Below are positions 43,055-52,849 of a DNA stretch of 64,000 nt, in pieces; positions within the stretch are counted from its first letter, which is position 1, and the number at the start of each line of letters is the position of its first letter. A program made the position numbers and the translations under genes. Under the pieces are notes generated by a model. The model had not been told where the DNA came from, did no database searches, and saw only the letters and a program-made list of their open reading frames with translations. Source of the stretch: an uncultured Bacteroidales bacterium. GTDB taxonomy: Bacteria > Bacteroidota > Bacteroidia > Bacteroidales > UBA932. Location: positions 5,202-69,201 of the forward strand of contig CAMVKH010000007.1 of NCBI GenBank assembly GCA_947168065.1, read 5' to 3'.

Positions 43055-43659
43055 TACACCAGGCCGGAGAAACCCATGAAGGCGAGTGCCATGATGCCGG
43101 CCGTCAGCAGGGCGATGGGAACACCCTTGAAAGACTTGGGCACATTGCTCAGCTCAAGCTGCTCGCGGATACCCGCGAAGAGGATCAGCGCCAGGCCGTA
43201 GCCGATGGCCGTGGCGATGGAGAAGAGCATAGCTTCGCCGAGGCCCAGCATACGGGCACCTTCGGCAAAACCGAAATTGTATTCGTTGGTCACCACCTGG
43301 ATGGCCACGCCCAATACCACGCAGTTGGTGGTGATCAGGGGCAGGAAGATACCCAGGGCCTGATAGAGCGAGGGGCTGATCTTCTTGATGATGATCTCGA
43401 CCATCTGCACGAGCGAGGCGATCACGAGGATGAAGCTCACCGTCTGGAGGAAAACCAGATTGAAGGGCACCAGCACATATTTCTGCAGCAGGAAGGTCAC
43501 CAGCGTGGCGATGGCCATCACGAAGGTGACGGCGGCGGTCATGCCGACGGCCGTGTTGACCTTCTTCGATACGCCCAGGAACGGACATACGCCCAGGAAC
43601 TGGCTCAGGACGATATTGTTGACAAATATCGCGGAAATGAAAATAAGCAGGATCTTCAT
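43054..43659 (-). CDS. rnfA: Rnf electron transport complex subunit A
   Basis: NNIVLSQFLGVCPFLGVSKK and PLITTNCVVLGV. Confidence 0.9.
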   Translation of the reverse strand: MKILLIFISAIFVNNIVLSQFLGVCPFLGVSKKVNTAVGMTAAVTFVMAIATLVTFLLQKYVLVPFNLVFLQTVSFILVIASLVQMVEIIIKKISPSLYQALGIFLPLITTNCVVLGVAIQVVTNEYNFGFAEGARMLGLGEAMLFSIATAIGYGLALILFAGIREQLELSNVPKSFKGVPIALLTAGIMALAFMGFSGLV

Positions 43660-43662
43660 AGT

Positions 43663-44256
43663 TTATGCCTTATTGGTGATCTTTCTGAAAACGACCATGA
43701 GATAGGCCAGCACGATGAATGCGCCAGGCGCAAGGACGAAGGCGAGCATGCCGTCGCCCTGGAGGAACTTCCAGCCGAAGGCCGAACCGCTGCCCAGGAT
43801 CTCACGCACCAGACCGATGGCGGTCAGGGCGATGGTGAAGCCCAGGCCGATACCCACGCCATCGAGCGCGGAATCGCCCACGCTGTTCTTGTTGGCGAAG
43901 GCCTCGGCGCGGCCCAGGATGATACAGTTGACCACGATCAGCGGCAGGAAGATGCCCAGCGCGTCATAGAGCACCGGAACATAGGCCTGCAGGAGAAGCT
44001 GGACGATGGTCACGAACGAGGCGATGACCACGATGTAGCACGGGATGCGGACCTTGTCGGGAATGATCCGGGCGATGGCCGAAATGGTGATGTTCGACAG
44101 GATCAGCACGATCATCGTGGCCAGACCCATGCCCATACCGTTGATGGCCGAAGTGGTGGTTCCCAGCGTCGGGCACATACCCAGAACGAGCACGAACGTG
44201 GGATTGTTCTTGACGATGCCGTCGACAATCAGCTGTAATTTGCTATTGCTGCTCAT
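43663..44256 (-). CDS. rnfE: Rnf complex subunit E
   Basis: NNPTFVLVLGMCPTLGTTTSA and PLIVVNCIILGRAEAFA. Confidence 0.9.
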   Translation of the reverse strand: MSSNSKLQLIVDGIVKNNPTFVLVLGMCPTLGTTTSAINGMGMGLATMIVLILSNITISAIARIIPDKVRIPCYIVVIASFVTIVQLLLQAYVPVLYDALGIFLPLIVVNCIILGRAEAFANKNSVGDSALDGVGIGLGFTIALTAIGLVREILGSGSAFGWKFLQGDGMLAFVLAPGAFIVLAYLMVVFRKITNKA

Positions 44257-44831
44257 TGCTCAATCGTATTAGGGGTTGCACAGTTGTTCTTGAACACTTC
44301 GTAGGCGGCGCCCACACCCTTGAGGAAGGCACGCGACGTGATGGTCGAAGCCGTGATGGCGTCGATCTCGCCGCCGTCCTTCTTGACGGAAAGGTTGTTC
44401 ACCGCAGGGTTCTTGCCCTTGACCTGCTGGCGCGGGGCGATGTTCTCGTCCACGAGTTTCGCACCCAGGCCCGGGGTCTCGGAGTGGGAGATGACGGAAG
44501 TGTTATAGACCGTTCCGTCGGGCGTGAAGCCGACCATCAGCTGGAGCGGACCGCCGAAGCCGCCGACTGACACCTTGATGGCGTAGCCGACCGGTTCGCC
44601 GCCGACTGTGGCGGTGTAGATCTGGCCGCCTTCAACGTCGCGGACAGCTTCGGAAGGGACGTTGTCGAATTGCGGCGTCACGGCGGCGATGGCCGCGTTG
44701 ACCTTCTGAATTTCGGAGGCCTCGATCGGGGCCTTGGTCACCGCATAGACGGTACCCAGCAGGGCTGAGCACACGAGGCAGATGCCGGAAAGCACCAGCA
44801 CCATATTGCCGAATGTAGATTTTGCTGCCAT
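44253..44831 (-). CDS. rnfG: Rnf complex subunit G (FMN-binding)
   Basis: N-terminal TM helix and the FMN attachment region IDAITASTITSRA. Confidence 0.85.
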   Translation of the reverse strand: MAAKSTFGNMVLVLSGICLVCSALLGTVYAVTKAPIEASEIQKVNAAIAAVTPQFDNVPSEAVRDVEGGQIYTATVGGEPVGYAIKVSVGGFGGPLQLMVGFTPDGTVYNTSVISHSETPGLGAKLVDENIAPRQQVKGKNPAVNNLSVKKDGGEIDAITASTITSRAFLKGVGAAYEVFKNNCATPNTIEQ

Positions 44832-45820
44832 TATTTCTTAACCTCCCCAAACCGGCGCGGTTTGCAATACTTGTTGAGCAGAGGAACCGTACAGTTCATA
44901 ATCAGGATGGCGAACGAGACGCCCTCCGGATAGGAACCGAAATAGCGGACGAAGACCGTGATCAGACCGATGCCGATACCGAAGATGATCTGGCCCTTGG
45001 TGGTCATCGGAGAGGTCACGTAGTCGGTCGCCATGAAGATGGCACCCAGCAGCAGACCACCCGTGAAGAGGTTGAACACCGGATTGGTGAAACGCTCGGG
45101 ATCGGCCAGCCAGAAGATGCCGGACACCACGAAGACCGTGCAGAGGATGGTCACCGGGATGGTGGCCTTGATCACGCGGCGGCAGAGCAGGTAGATGAAG
45201 CCCAGGATCAGCGCGACGGCTGAGAACTCACCGGCCGAACCGCCCATGTTGAAGAAGAACTGCTGGGAGAAGGTCAGGTTGTCGGCCGTCAGCTCGGAAA
45301 GGGTCATTCCGTTCTTGAGGCCTTCCTTGACCGCACCCAGCGGCGTGGCGCCGGAGAAGGCGTCCACCAGACCGAACATCGAACCGGAATCGTCCCAGGT
45401 CGTCATCAGCACCGGGAAAGAGACCAGCAGGAAGACACGGCCCACCAGGGCGGGGTTGAAAATATTCTGTCCCAGACCGCCGAAGGTCATCTTGGCGACA
45501 CCGATGGCGACCACCGAGCCGATGACGATGAGCCACCACGGAGAATTCGGGGGCAGGTTGAGCGCCAGCAGGCAACCGGTGACGACGGCCGACAGGTCGC
45601 TGACCGTGACCGGCCGCTTCAGCAGGTATTTCTGGATCAGGAATTCCGTCAGCACGCAGGCGGCGGCGCCCACGAGAATGAGCATCAGCGCCGACCAGCC
45701 GCTGGAGAGAATCGACACCAGCATGGCCGGGGCAAGGGCGATGAGCACGTCGCGCATGATCGACTGCGTGCTCTCCTTGCCGTGGGTATGAGGAGAAGGT
45801 GATACGAGAAGTTTGTTCAT
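44831..45820 (-). CDS. rnfD: Rnf complex subunit D
   Basis: SPSPHTH, a polytopic membrane protein, and DAFSGATPL. Confidence 0.9.
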   Translation of the reverse strand: MNKLLVSPSPHTHGKESTQSIMRDVLIALAPAMLVSILSSGWSALMLILVGAAACVLTEFLIQKYLLKRPVTVSDLSAVVTGCLLALNLPPNSPWWLIVIGSVVAIGVAKMTFGGLGQNIFNPALVGRVFLLVSFPVLMTTWDDSGSMFGLVDAFSGATPLGAVKEGLKNGMTLSELTADNLTFSQQFFFNMGGSAGEFSAVALILGFIYLLCRRVIKATIPVTILCTVFVVSGIFWLADPERFTNPVFNLFTGGLLLGAIFMATDYVTSPMTTKGQIIFGIGIGLITVFVRYFGSYPEGVSFAILIMNCTVPLLNKYCKPRRFGEVKK

Positions 45821-45827
45821 CGGTCGT

Positions 45828-47165
45828 CTATTTTTTAGGTCTGCTACGCATAATCTTCATTACTTCCGCCTTACTGATGCGGATCATATCGACCAGCGGG
45901 ATCTGGGCCGGGCAGGTGAAGCTGCAGCAGCCGCACTCGATGCAGTCGAAGACGCGCTCCTTCTCGAGTTCGTCGAACCGGCCGCCGGCACGGCTGAGCT
46001 TGTTGAGCAGCCACGGCTCCAGGCCCATCGGGCAGGCCGAGGCGCACTTGGCGCAGCGGATACAGTTGGATTCGGGTTTACGGCGCGTCTCCGCTTCGGT
46101 CAGTACCAGGATGGCACCGTTGGCCTTGACCGTGGCAGCGTCGAGGTTGGCGATGGCACGGCCCATCATCGGACCGCCGCTGATCACCTTGGCAGCCTTT
46201 TCGGGCACGCCGCCCGCCACTTCGAGGATCTTCGACATCGGCGTACCGATGCGCACCTTATAGTTGTGCTGCACGGGGAGGCAGCCGCCCGTCACGGTGA
46301 TGACGTTGTCGATCAGCGGCTTGTTCTTCTGGACCGCTTCATAGACGGCCAGCGAGGTTCCGACGTTCTGCACCACGGCGCCCGTATCGATCGGCAGGGC
46401 GCCGGAGGGTACCTGACGGCGGATGACCGCGTCGATGAGCTGTTTCTCACCACCCTGCGGGTAGCGTTTCTTGAGGACGACCACTTCGATCTGCGGGAAT
46501 TCGCGGGCTGCCTCGGTCATCGAGGCGATGGCCGCAGGCTTGTTCTCCTCGATACCCACATAGCCGCGGGTCACGCCGAGCGCCTTCATCATGATGGCGC
46601 CGCCGATGAGGATCTCGCGGGGACGTTCCCGCATGATGCGGTCGTCACTCGTCAGGTAAGGCTCGCACTCGGTTCCGTTGAGAATCACGCACTCGGCCTT
46701 CTTGTCCTTCGGAGGGGCGAGTTTGACGTGCGTCGGGAACGAAGCGCCGCCCAGGCCGACGACGCCGGCCTTCTTGACCTTCTCGATGATCTCTTCCGGC
46801 GTAAAGGGAATATCCTTGACGACGGTGTCGCTTCTGTCGATGTCTTCCATCCACTCGTCGCCTTCGACCGTGATCTCGACGTGCGGGACCAGGTTGCCGG
46901 CAATGTCGGCGCGGGGGCCGATCGATTTGACGGTACCCGAAACCGGGGAGTGGACGAAGCCGGAGATGAAACCGGCGGGCTCGGCAATCACCTGCCCCAC
47001 CTTCACGTGGTCGCCCACGGCCACTACGGGCGTGGCCGGTGCGCCCAGATGCTGCGCCATCGAAACATAGGCGGTCTCGATCGCAGGGAAGATCTCGATC
47101 GCAGCTTCTGCGGAGATCTTGTTGTCGTGCGGATGCACGCCGCCGATTCTAAACGTTTTCTTCAT
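45828..47165 (-). CDS. rnfC: Rnf complex subunit C
   Basis: Two ferredoxin motifs (CIRCAKCASACP and CIECGCCSFTCP) and an NADH/FMN-binding-type domain (GLGGASFPT). Confidence 0.9.
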   Translation of the reverse strand: MKKTFRIGGVHPHDNKISAEAAIEIFPAIETAYVSMAQHLGAPATPVVAVGDHVKVGQVIAEPAGFISGFVHSPVSGTVKSIGPRADIAGNLVPHVEITVEGDEWMEDIDRSDTVVKDIPFTPEEIIEKVKKAGVVGLGGASFPTHVKLAPPKDKKAECVILNGTECEPYLTSDDRIMRERPREILIGGAIMMKALGVTRGYVGIEENKPAAIASMTEAAREFPQIEVVVLKKRYPQGGEKQLIDAVIRRQVPSGALPIDTGAVVQNVGTSLAVYEAVQKNKPLIDNVITVTGGCLPVQHNYKVRIGTPMSKILEVAGGVPEKAAKVISGGPMMGRAIANLDAATVKANGAILVLTEAETRRKPESNCIRCAKCASACPMGLEPWLLNKLSRAGGRFDELEKERVFDCIECGCCSFTCPAQIPLVDMIRISKAEVMKIMRSRPKK

Positions 47166-48006
47166 TGGGCTTGGCGATTACGGGTTTGGGAGGGAAATTC
47201 ACTTCGTTGATGGCGTGGGTCGGACAGACCTCCACGCACTTGCGGCAGAGCTTGCACTTGGTGAAGTCGATGTAAGCCACGTTGTTCTCGACCGTGATGG
47301 CGCCGAACGGGCAGGTCTTGGCGCATTTGCCGCAGCCGATACAGCCGGCGGTGCAGGCCTTGCGGGTGAGGGCACCTTTGTCCTTGTTGACGCACAGGAC
47401 CGTAACCCTTCTGTTCTTGAACCCCTTGGGACGGAGTTCGATGATGCTCTTGGGGCAAGCCTTCACACAAGCGCCGCAGGCGGTACACTTGTTTTCATCC
47501 ACCACGGCGACACCCTTTTCGGGATCGACATGGATCGCATCGAACTTGCAGGCGGCCTCGCAGTCGCCTTTGCCCAGACAGCCGAACTTGCAGCCGGTAT
47601 CGCCGCTGTAGAGGCTGGCCATCACCTTGCAGGAAGCATAGCCGTCATACACGTTGGTACGGGGACGGCTGGCCAGCGTGCCGTTGCAGCGGACGACGGC
47701 CACCTTCGGAGCGGACTCCTCGACGGCGCGGCCGAGCGCCTCGGCGACCTTGGCCATTACCGGATTACCGCCGACCGGGCAGAAGAAGCCTTCCATGCTC
47801 GGAGCCTTCACCACATTCTCGGCGAAGGCGTGGCATCCTGCCTGTCCGCAGCCGCCGCAATTGGCTCCGGGAAGGATCGACTCGACGGTTGCGATCCGCG
47901 GGTCTTCCTCAACCTTGAACTTCTGTGCCACGAAGTAGAGCACAACTGCGAACAGCAGCCCGAGGGCCACCAGACAAGCAATTGTAATAAGGATAGTTCC
48001 AGTCAT
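47149..48006 (-). CDS. rnfB: Rnf complex subunit B (polyferredoxin)
   Basis: N-terminal TM helix, CGGCGQAGC, and several CxxCxxCxxxCP clusters. Confidence 0.9.
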   Translation of the reverse strand: MTGTILITIACLVALGLLFAVVLYFVAQKFKVEEDPRIATVESILPGANCGGCGQAGCHAFAENVVKAPSMEGFFCPVGGNPVMAKVAEALGRAVEESAPKVAVVRCNGTLASRPRTNVYDGYASCKVMASLYSGDTGCKFGCLGKGDCEAACKFDAIHVDPEKGVAVVDENKCTACGACVKACPKSIIELRPKGFKNRRVTVLCVNKDKGALTRKACTAGCIGCGKCAKTCPFGAITVENNVAYIDFTKCKLCRKCVEVCPTHAINEVNFPPKPVIAKPNEENV

Positions 48007-48437
48007 TTAGCTTGTTTTTCGATTGAAAAGATAAATATTTTGGAAATTCTGTTTCTGAAAAGATAGACCCCCAGATAGTAAAGCGCGACGATGCCCAGGG
48101 AGCCCAGTCCCATGGCCAGTTCGCTCGCGCCGCAGAGGGAAAATACCAGGATCGAGGCCATCAGCACGATCAAAGGCACCACATACGCGAGCCAGATGGC
48201 CTGCGTACCCATGGCGGAACTCATCACGACGTTGACCGTCTCGCCTACCTGGTAGTCCGCGGCGAGCGTGGAGATGTCCTGCGCCACCTCGACCACCTTG
48301 ACGGCCTGGTCGGAGGCGCCGCAGACGGCTTTTGCATGGCAGGCCGCACAGGCCGACTTGTTGAGGATTTCGACGGAGATGTAGTCCTTGTCGACCGAGA
48401 TTACCTTGCCTTCGTGTTCGATACGTTCCTTTGCCAT
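48003..48437 (-). CDS. rseC: RseC/MucC family (SoxR-reducing system) protein
   Basis: GKVISVDKDYISVEILNKSACAACHAKAVCG plus two C-terminal TM helices. Sits directly upstream of rnfB. Confidence 0.8.
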   Translation of the reverse strand: MAKERIEHEGKVISVDKDYISVEILNKSACAACHAKAVCGASDQAVKVVEVAQDISTLAADYQVGETVNVVMSSAMGTQAIWLAYVVPLIVLMASILVFSLCGASELAMGLGSLGIVALYYLGVYLFRNRISKIFIFSIEKQAK

Positions 48438-49939
48438 TATATCCCGTCGTTGATCAGGTCGAATTCATTGCCCGGCTGGAACATGTTCATCCGGGATTCT
48501 GTGTAGGAAGCCTTGTCGGGCTCGTCGAAGGGACGGTCGTCGTAGTCGACGAACTTGACTTCCGACGAGAGGAAGCGCATCTTCACGTCGCGGACCTCGC
48601 CGTTGCGGTGCTTGGCGATGATCAGGTCGGTCTCGCCGGGGAAGCCGCCTTCATCCTGCACGCCCAGGAATTCCGGACGGTGGATGAACATCACGATGTC
48701 GGCGTCCTGCTCGATAGCGCCCGATTCGCGAAGGTCGCTCAGCTGCGGGCGTTTGTTGCCGCCGCGCGTCTCCACCGAACGGTTGAGCTGCGACAGGGCG
48801 ATGATCGGGACGTTGAGCTCCTTGGCGATGGCTTTCAGCGAACGGGAGATGGCGGCCACCTCCTGCTCGCGCATGCCCTTAAGCTCGGGCGGGCCGGTCA
48901 TCAGCTGCAGGTAGTCGATGATGATGAGCTTCACGTGCTGCTTGTTGACCAGGCGGCGTGCCTTGGAGCGGAACTCGTAGATGGAGAGCGACGGCGTGTC
49001 GTCGATCCAGAGCGGAGCGCGGGAGAGTTTGTTCAGGCCGTCGTGGAGCTGCGTCCACTCGCCCTCTGTCATCTTCTTGGCGCCGCGCAGCTTTTCGGAG
49101 GGAAGGCCGGTTTCGCTGACCATGATACGGGTCACCAGCTGTGTGTCGGGCATCTCCAGGGAGAAGAACGCGACGGGGATGTGGTGGTCCACCACCATGT
49201 TGCGGGCCATGGTCAGCACGAAAGCCGTCTTACCGACGGAAGGGCGGGCGGCCAGGATGATCAGGTCGGCAGGCTGCCAGCCGAAAGTCACGCGGTCGAT
49301 GCCGGTATAGCCCGAAGGGACACCGCTCAGGCCGTCTTCGCGCTTCTGGTTGATCTCGATCTGCTCAACCGCCCGGTTGATGACCGAAAGGATGGGCTTG
49401 GTCTCGTTGCGCACGTTGCGCTGGGCCAGCGTGAAGACTTTCTCCTCGGCCGAGTCGATCAGATCGTCGACGGGCAGGGAGTCGTCGAAGGCCGCCTTCT
49501 GCACCTCATAGGAGATGGAGATCAGTTCGCGCTGCAGGAACTTCTGCAGCAGGACCTTGGTGTGGTATTCCACGTGGGCGGCGGCGCCGATCTTGGTGGA
49601 CAGCTGGCTCAGATAGGCCATACCGCCCACCTCTTCCAGCTCACCGCGCTTGGACAGTTCATCCGAGACGGAGAAGATGTCCACCGGGTCGTTGCGGCTC
49701 GAAAGCGTGGTGATGGCTTCGAAAATCTTCTTGTGGACGTCCTTGTAGAAGCAGTCGGCCTGCAGCTGGTCAAGGATGTCGGGAACGACTTCGGGTTCCA
49801 GCAGCAGCGCGCCGAGCACAGCCTCCTCGATGTCGATGGCCTGAGGCGGCTTGCGACCGCCGAAATCTTCGGCGATCGCATCCAGGTTGACGCGCTGCGT
49901 GCGCGTCTGTCGCGTCTGTCGCTTGTCGTTGGCGGCCAT
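48437..49939 (-). CDS. dnaB: Replicative DNA helicase DnaB
   Basis: Walker A (ARPSVGKTAF), LEMP, and IALSQLNR. 500 aa with no intein. Confidence 0.95.
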   Translation of the reverse strand: MAANDKRQTRQTRTQRVNLDAIAEDFGGRKPPQAIDIEEAVLGALLLEPEVVPDILDQLQADCFYKDVHKKIFEAITTLSSRNDPVDIFSVSDELSKRGELEEVGGMAYLSQLSTKIGAAAHVEYHTKVLLQKFLQRELISISYEVQKAAFDDSLPVDDLIDSAEEKVFTLAQRNVRNETKPILSVINRAVEQIEINQKREDGLSGVPSGYTGIDRVTFGWQPADLIILAARPSVGKTAFVLTMARNMVVDHHIPVAFFSLEMPDTQLVTRIMVSETGLPSEKLRGAKKMTEGEWTQLHDGLNKLSRAPLWIDDTPSLSIYEFRSKARRLVNKQHVKLIIIDYLQLMTGPPELKGMREQEVAAISRSLKAIAKELNVPIIALSQLNRSVETRGGNKRPQLSDLRESGAIEQDADIVMFIHRPEFLGVQDEGGFPGETDLIIAKHRNGEVRDVKMRFLSSEVKFVDYDDRPFDEPDKASYTESRMNMFQPGNEFDLINDGI

Positions 49940-49954
49940 CGCTGCGGGCAGGAT

Positions 49955-50779
49955 TTATTTCTCTTCCTGGAAGGCGGAGCTCACCAGGATGCGTCCGCAG
50001 TACTCGCAGACGATGATCTTCTTGCTTTCCTCGATGTCGAGCCGGCGCTGGGGCGGGATCTTGTTGAAGCAGCCGCCGCAGGCATCGCGGGTGACGGTCA
50101 CCACGGCGAGCTTGTTGTGGGCGTTGGCGCGCACTTTCGTGTAGGCCACCATCATACGCTCGTCAATCTGGCTGACCAGATTCTCGCGCTCCTTGAGCAG
50201 GTCTTCTTCTTCCTTGGCGGTTTCCTCGACGATCGTGTCGAGTTCTTTCTTCTTCTCCACCAGGTCGGCCTCGCGGTGCGAGAGGGTCTGCTGGGCTTCC
50301 TCGATGACAGCCTTCTTCTCGGAGATCAGGGCTTCGTTCTCCCGGATCTTCTTGGCGGCCACCTGCTGCTCAAGGTCCTGGTATTCGATTTCCTTGCTGA
50401 TGGACTCGTACTCGCGGTTGTTCTTCACGTTGTCACGCTGGGCGTCATATTTGGCGATCAGGTGCTTGCTCTCCTCGATGACGTGCTTGTGCTCGGTATT
50501 GGCCTTCTCGATCTCCTTGATCTCGGCCTTCGCGTTGGCGATCCGGGTATGGAGACCTTCGATCTCGTCTTCCAGGTCCTGCACCTCGAGCGGGAGTTCG
50601 CCGCGCAGGAGGTAGATCTTGTCGATCTTGGTGTCGGTCTGCTGGATGCGATACAGCGTACGGAGCTTCTGCTCCATCGCGATCGAATCGGTGTCGGCCA
50701 TGTTTTTCGACAGGGAGACGAAAGTCTCACGCTGGTCGATCGGGGTGACGATCTTGTTTACCTTCTTTTTCGTAGCCAT
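49955..50779 (-). CDS. Coiled-coil protein with a C-terminal C4 zinc ribbon (COG1579-type, Nif3-associated)
   Basis: LRTLYRIQQTDTKIDKI..., a long coiled coil, then CGGCFNKIPPQ...CEYCGRIL. The ATG at 50779 is preferred over the track start at 50911. Confidence 0.8.
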   Translation of the reverse strand: MATKKKVNKIVTPIDQRETFVSLSKNMADTDSIAMEQKLRTLYRIQQTDTKIDKIYLLRGELPLEVQDLEDEIEGLHTRIANAKAEIKEIEKANTEHKHVIEESKHLIAKYDAQRDNVKNNREYESISKEIEYQDLEQQVAAKKIRENEALISEKKAVIEEAQQTLSHREADLVEKKKELDTIVEETAKEEEDLLKERENLVSQIDERMMVAYTKVRANAHNKLAVVTVTRDACGGCFNKIPPQRRLDIEESKKIIVCEYCGRILVSSAFQEEK

Positions 50780-50786
50780 AGCTTGC

Positions 50787-51548
50787 TTAGTAGTAGTATA
50801 TCGGGTTATTGTTTTCGTTCGTTGCCGTGTAAACCGCAAATGTAGGCATTTTTTCTCGAAGTACCGAAACGAACTTCGATACAATCTCCACCTCGCTTTC
50901 CCAATGGCCAATATCGACGATCATCCGCCCCTGCGGGACGAAGAAATGATGGTACGACACGTCGCCCGTGACGAAGGCGTCCGCACCGGCCCGGAAAGCC
51001 GCATCCGCGAAGGAAGAGCCTGAGCCGCAGCTGGTAGCCACGCGGAAAACCGTCTCCACGGGAGCCGAGCAGCGCAGCATCTTGAGAGAGAAACGTTCCT
51101 TGACCAGGTCGCAGAACGCCGCGCCCGACAGCGGGGCGGGAAGCAAGCCGATGAAAGCGAGCTGGTGCTCGTCGAGCGGCTCCGGTTCAACCAGACCGAG
51201 ACGGGCCGCCATCAGCGCGTTGACGCCGCCGGGCGCCTTATCGGCATTGGTGTGGGCGGCATACACGACGATGCCGTTGCGGATGGCCTCGATGACGGCT
51301 TCTCCCACCGGATCGTCCGGATCGATGTGTTTCAGGCCGCCGAAGATCAGCGGATGATGGGTCACGACCATGTCGGCACCCCGGGCCGCCGCTTCACGCA
51401 GCAGCGCCGCCGTGCAGTCGAAGCCGACCATCACGCCGTGCACCTCGGCTTCCGGGCTGCCGATGCAGAAGCCGGAATTGTCCCAGGACTCCTGTCCGGG
51501 GAGCGGTGCGAATGCCTCGAGAACCGCTGCGATTTCCTGGGCTTTCAT
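50787..51548 (-). CDS. Nif3-like dinuclear metal centre protein
   Basis: SWDNSGFCIG, VTHHPLIF and YAAHTNAD are Nif3 family motifs. Confidence 0.85.
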   Translation of the reverse strand: MKAQEIAAVLEAFAPLPGQESWDNSGFCIGSPEAEVHGVMVGFDCTAALLREAAARGADMVVTHHPLIFGGLKHIDPDDPVGEAVIEAIRNGIVVYAAHTNADKAPGGVNALMAARLGLVEPEPLDEHQLAFIGLLPAPLSGAAFCDLVKERFSLKMLRCSAPVETVFRVATSCGSGSSFADAAFRAGADAFVTGDVSYHHFFVPQGRMIVDIGHWESEVEIVSKFVSVLREKMPTFAVYTATNENNNPIYYY

Positions 51549-51550
51549 CG

Positions 51551-51871
51551 TCAGATGCTTTCGTAAAGTTCGGACAGCTGGGAACGGATGCCGTAGAGTT
51601 TCTCCACGATCTGGCGCTTGTGCTCCAGTCCGTCGCGGTTCTCCGCCAGCTTGCGGGCCACGCCGTCGAGCTTGAGGCCTTCCACGCGGGTCAGATAGTG
51701 GATCAGCCGGAGATTCTCCAGGTCTTCAGGATGGAAGAGCCTGTTTCCCTTCGCATTGCGCTCCGGGCGGATGTAGCGGGGGAAGGTGTCTGACCAGAAA
51801 CGGATCGTGGAGACGTCCTCCCCGAGCAGCTTGGCCACTTCGCCGATTTTGTAGTATAGTCTTTCTGCCAT
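51551..51871 (-). CDS. MerR family transcriptional regulator
   Basis: YYKIGEVAKLLGEDVSTIRFWSDTF...NAKGNRLFHPEDLENLRLIHYL. Confidence 0.8.
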   Translation of the reverse strand: MAERLYYKIGEVAKLLGEDVSTIRFWSDTFPRYIRPERNAKGNRLFHPEDLENLRLIHYLTRVEGLKLDGVARKLAENRDGLEHKRQIVEKLYGIRSQLSELYESI

Positions 51872-51886
51872 GGTCGTAATCAGGGG

Positions 51887-52849
51887 TCAGTCCATCGACT
51901 GGCCTGTCGTAAGGGCGACGATCATCATGTCGCGGTAGTTCTCGGGCGTAAGCTCCGCAAAGAAATAGTTTACCGGATCCTGGACGAAATCGCCGCGCCG
52001 CACTTCGTAGTGCAGGCAGGGCGCGAAACAGGAGCCGGTCTGGCCCACGGTCCCGATCACCGCGCCCTGCCGGAGCGTCTGTCCGACCGAGACGCGGATG
52101 GCGTCGAGGTGTGCGTAAACGGTCTCGATGCCGCCTTTGTGGGAGACGGTCACCTGGTTGCCCATCCCCTTCTCGCTGCGTTCCACACGGGTCACCTTGC
52201 CTTCAGCCGTACAGCGCACCGGCGTGCCGGGAGGCGCTACCAGGTCGATGCCCTCATGGTCGTGGATGGTCTTGTAGAACGGATTGACTTTCTTGCCTAC
52301 CGAGGCGCCGGCTTGCATGGGCGAGAAACGGGTCAGCGGCACGACCGAAGGGATGGCCGTCGGCGTGACCGTGCCGCCCGAGAGCAGGGTATCGATTTCG
52401 GTGAGCCAGCGCGATACCTGCGAGGCCGTGGACTCCATCCGGCTGGAGAGCGCGTAGGCATCCCAGATCAGGTCGCTTTCCGGAAGCGATTCGAGTTCAC
52501 CGGCTGCGGAGAGCAGGGTGTCGCGTTCCTCGGTAATGTAGTTTGGAGGGTCGGCATTGAAAAGTTCATTGTAGATCTCACGGTCCCTGACGCGCAGGTT
52601 CTCCACCGTGCCTTCCACCAGGTCGAGCTGCTTCGACAGGGCGGCGTACTCACCGGCGAGCAGGTCGCGCTCATGCTCCAGCCTCCGCTCGCGCTCCGTA
52701 CTGAAGAACAAGGCGGACACCACGTAGAAGACCACCGCGGCGAAGAGGATGGCCGCTGTGTATTTGACGATGGCCAGCAACACCGTCTTCAGGCCCGGGC
52801 GATTGCGCACGAAGCCGCCTTTCTCCCTATCGTACACGTATCTAGCCAT
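51887..52849 (-). CDS. M23 family metallopeptidase (membrane-anchored, coiled-coil N-region)
   Basis: HEGIDLVAPPGTPV and GSCFAPCLHYEV (HxxxD and HxH-type LytM motifs). The ATG at 52849 is preferred over the track start at 52939. Confidence 0.85.
   Translation of the reverse strand: MARYVYDREKGGFVRNRPGLKTVLLAIVKYTAAILFAAVVFYVVSALFFSTERERRLEHERDLLAGEYAALSKQLDLVEGTVENLRVRDREIYNELFNADPPNYITEERDTLLSAAGELESLPESDLIWDAYALSSRMESTASQVSRWLTEIDTLLSGGTVTPTAIPSVVPLTRFSPMQAGASVGKKVNPFYKTIHDHEGIDLVAPPGTPVRCTAEGKVTRVERSEKGMGNQVTVSHKGGIETVYAHLDAIRVSVGQTLRQGAVIGTVGQTGSCFAPCLHYEVRRGDFVQDPVNYFFAELTPENYRDMMIVALTTGQSMD

Noticed and set aside
48431-50845. An 804-aa forward ORF opposite dnaB and the zinc-ribbon gene.
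   Set aside because: It is codon-aligned antisense to both genes (all are phase 2 mod 3). It is a shadow ORF.
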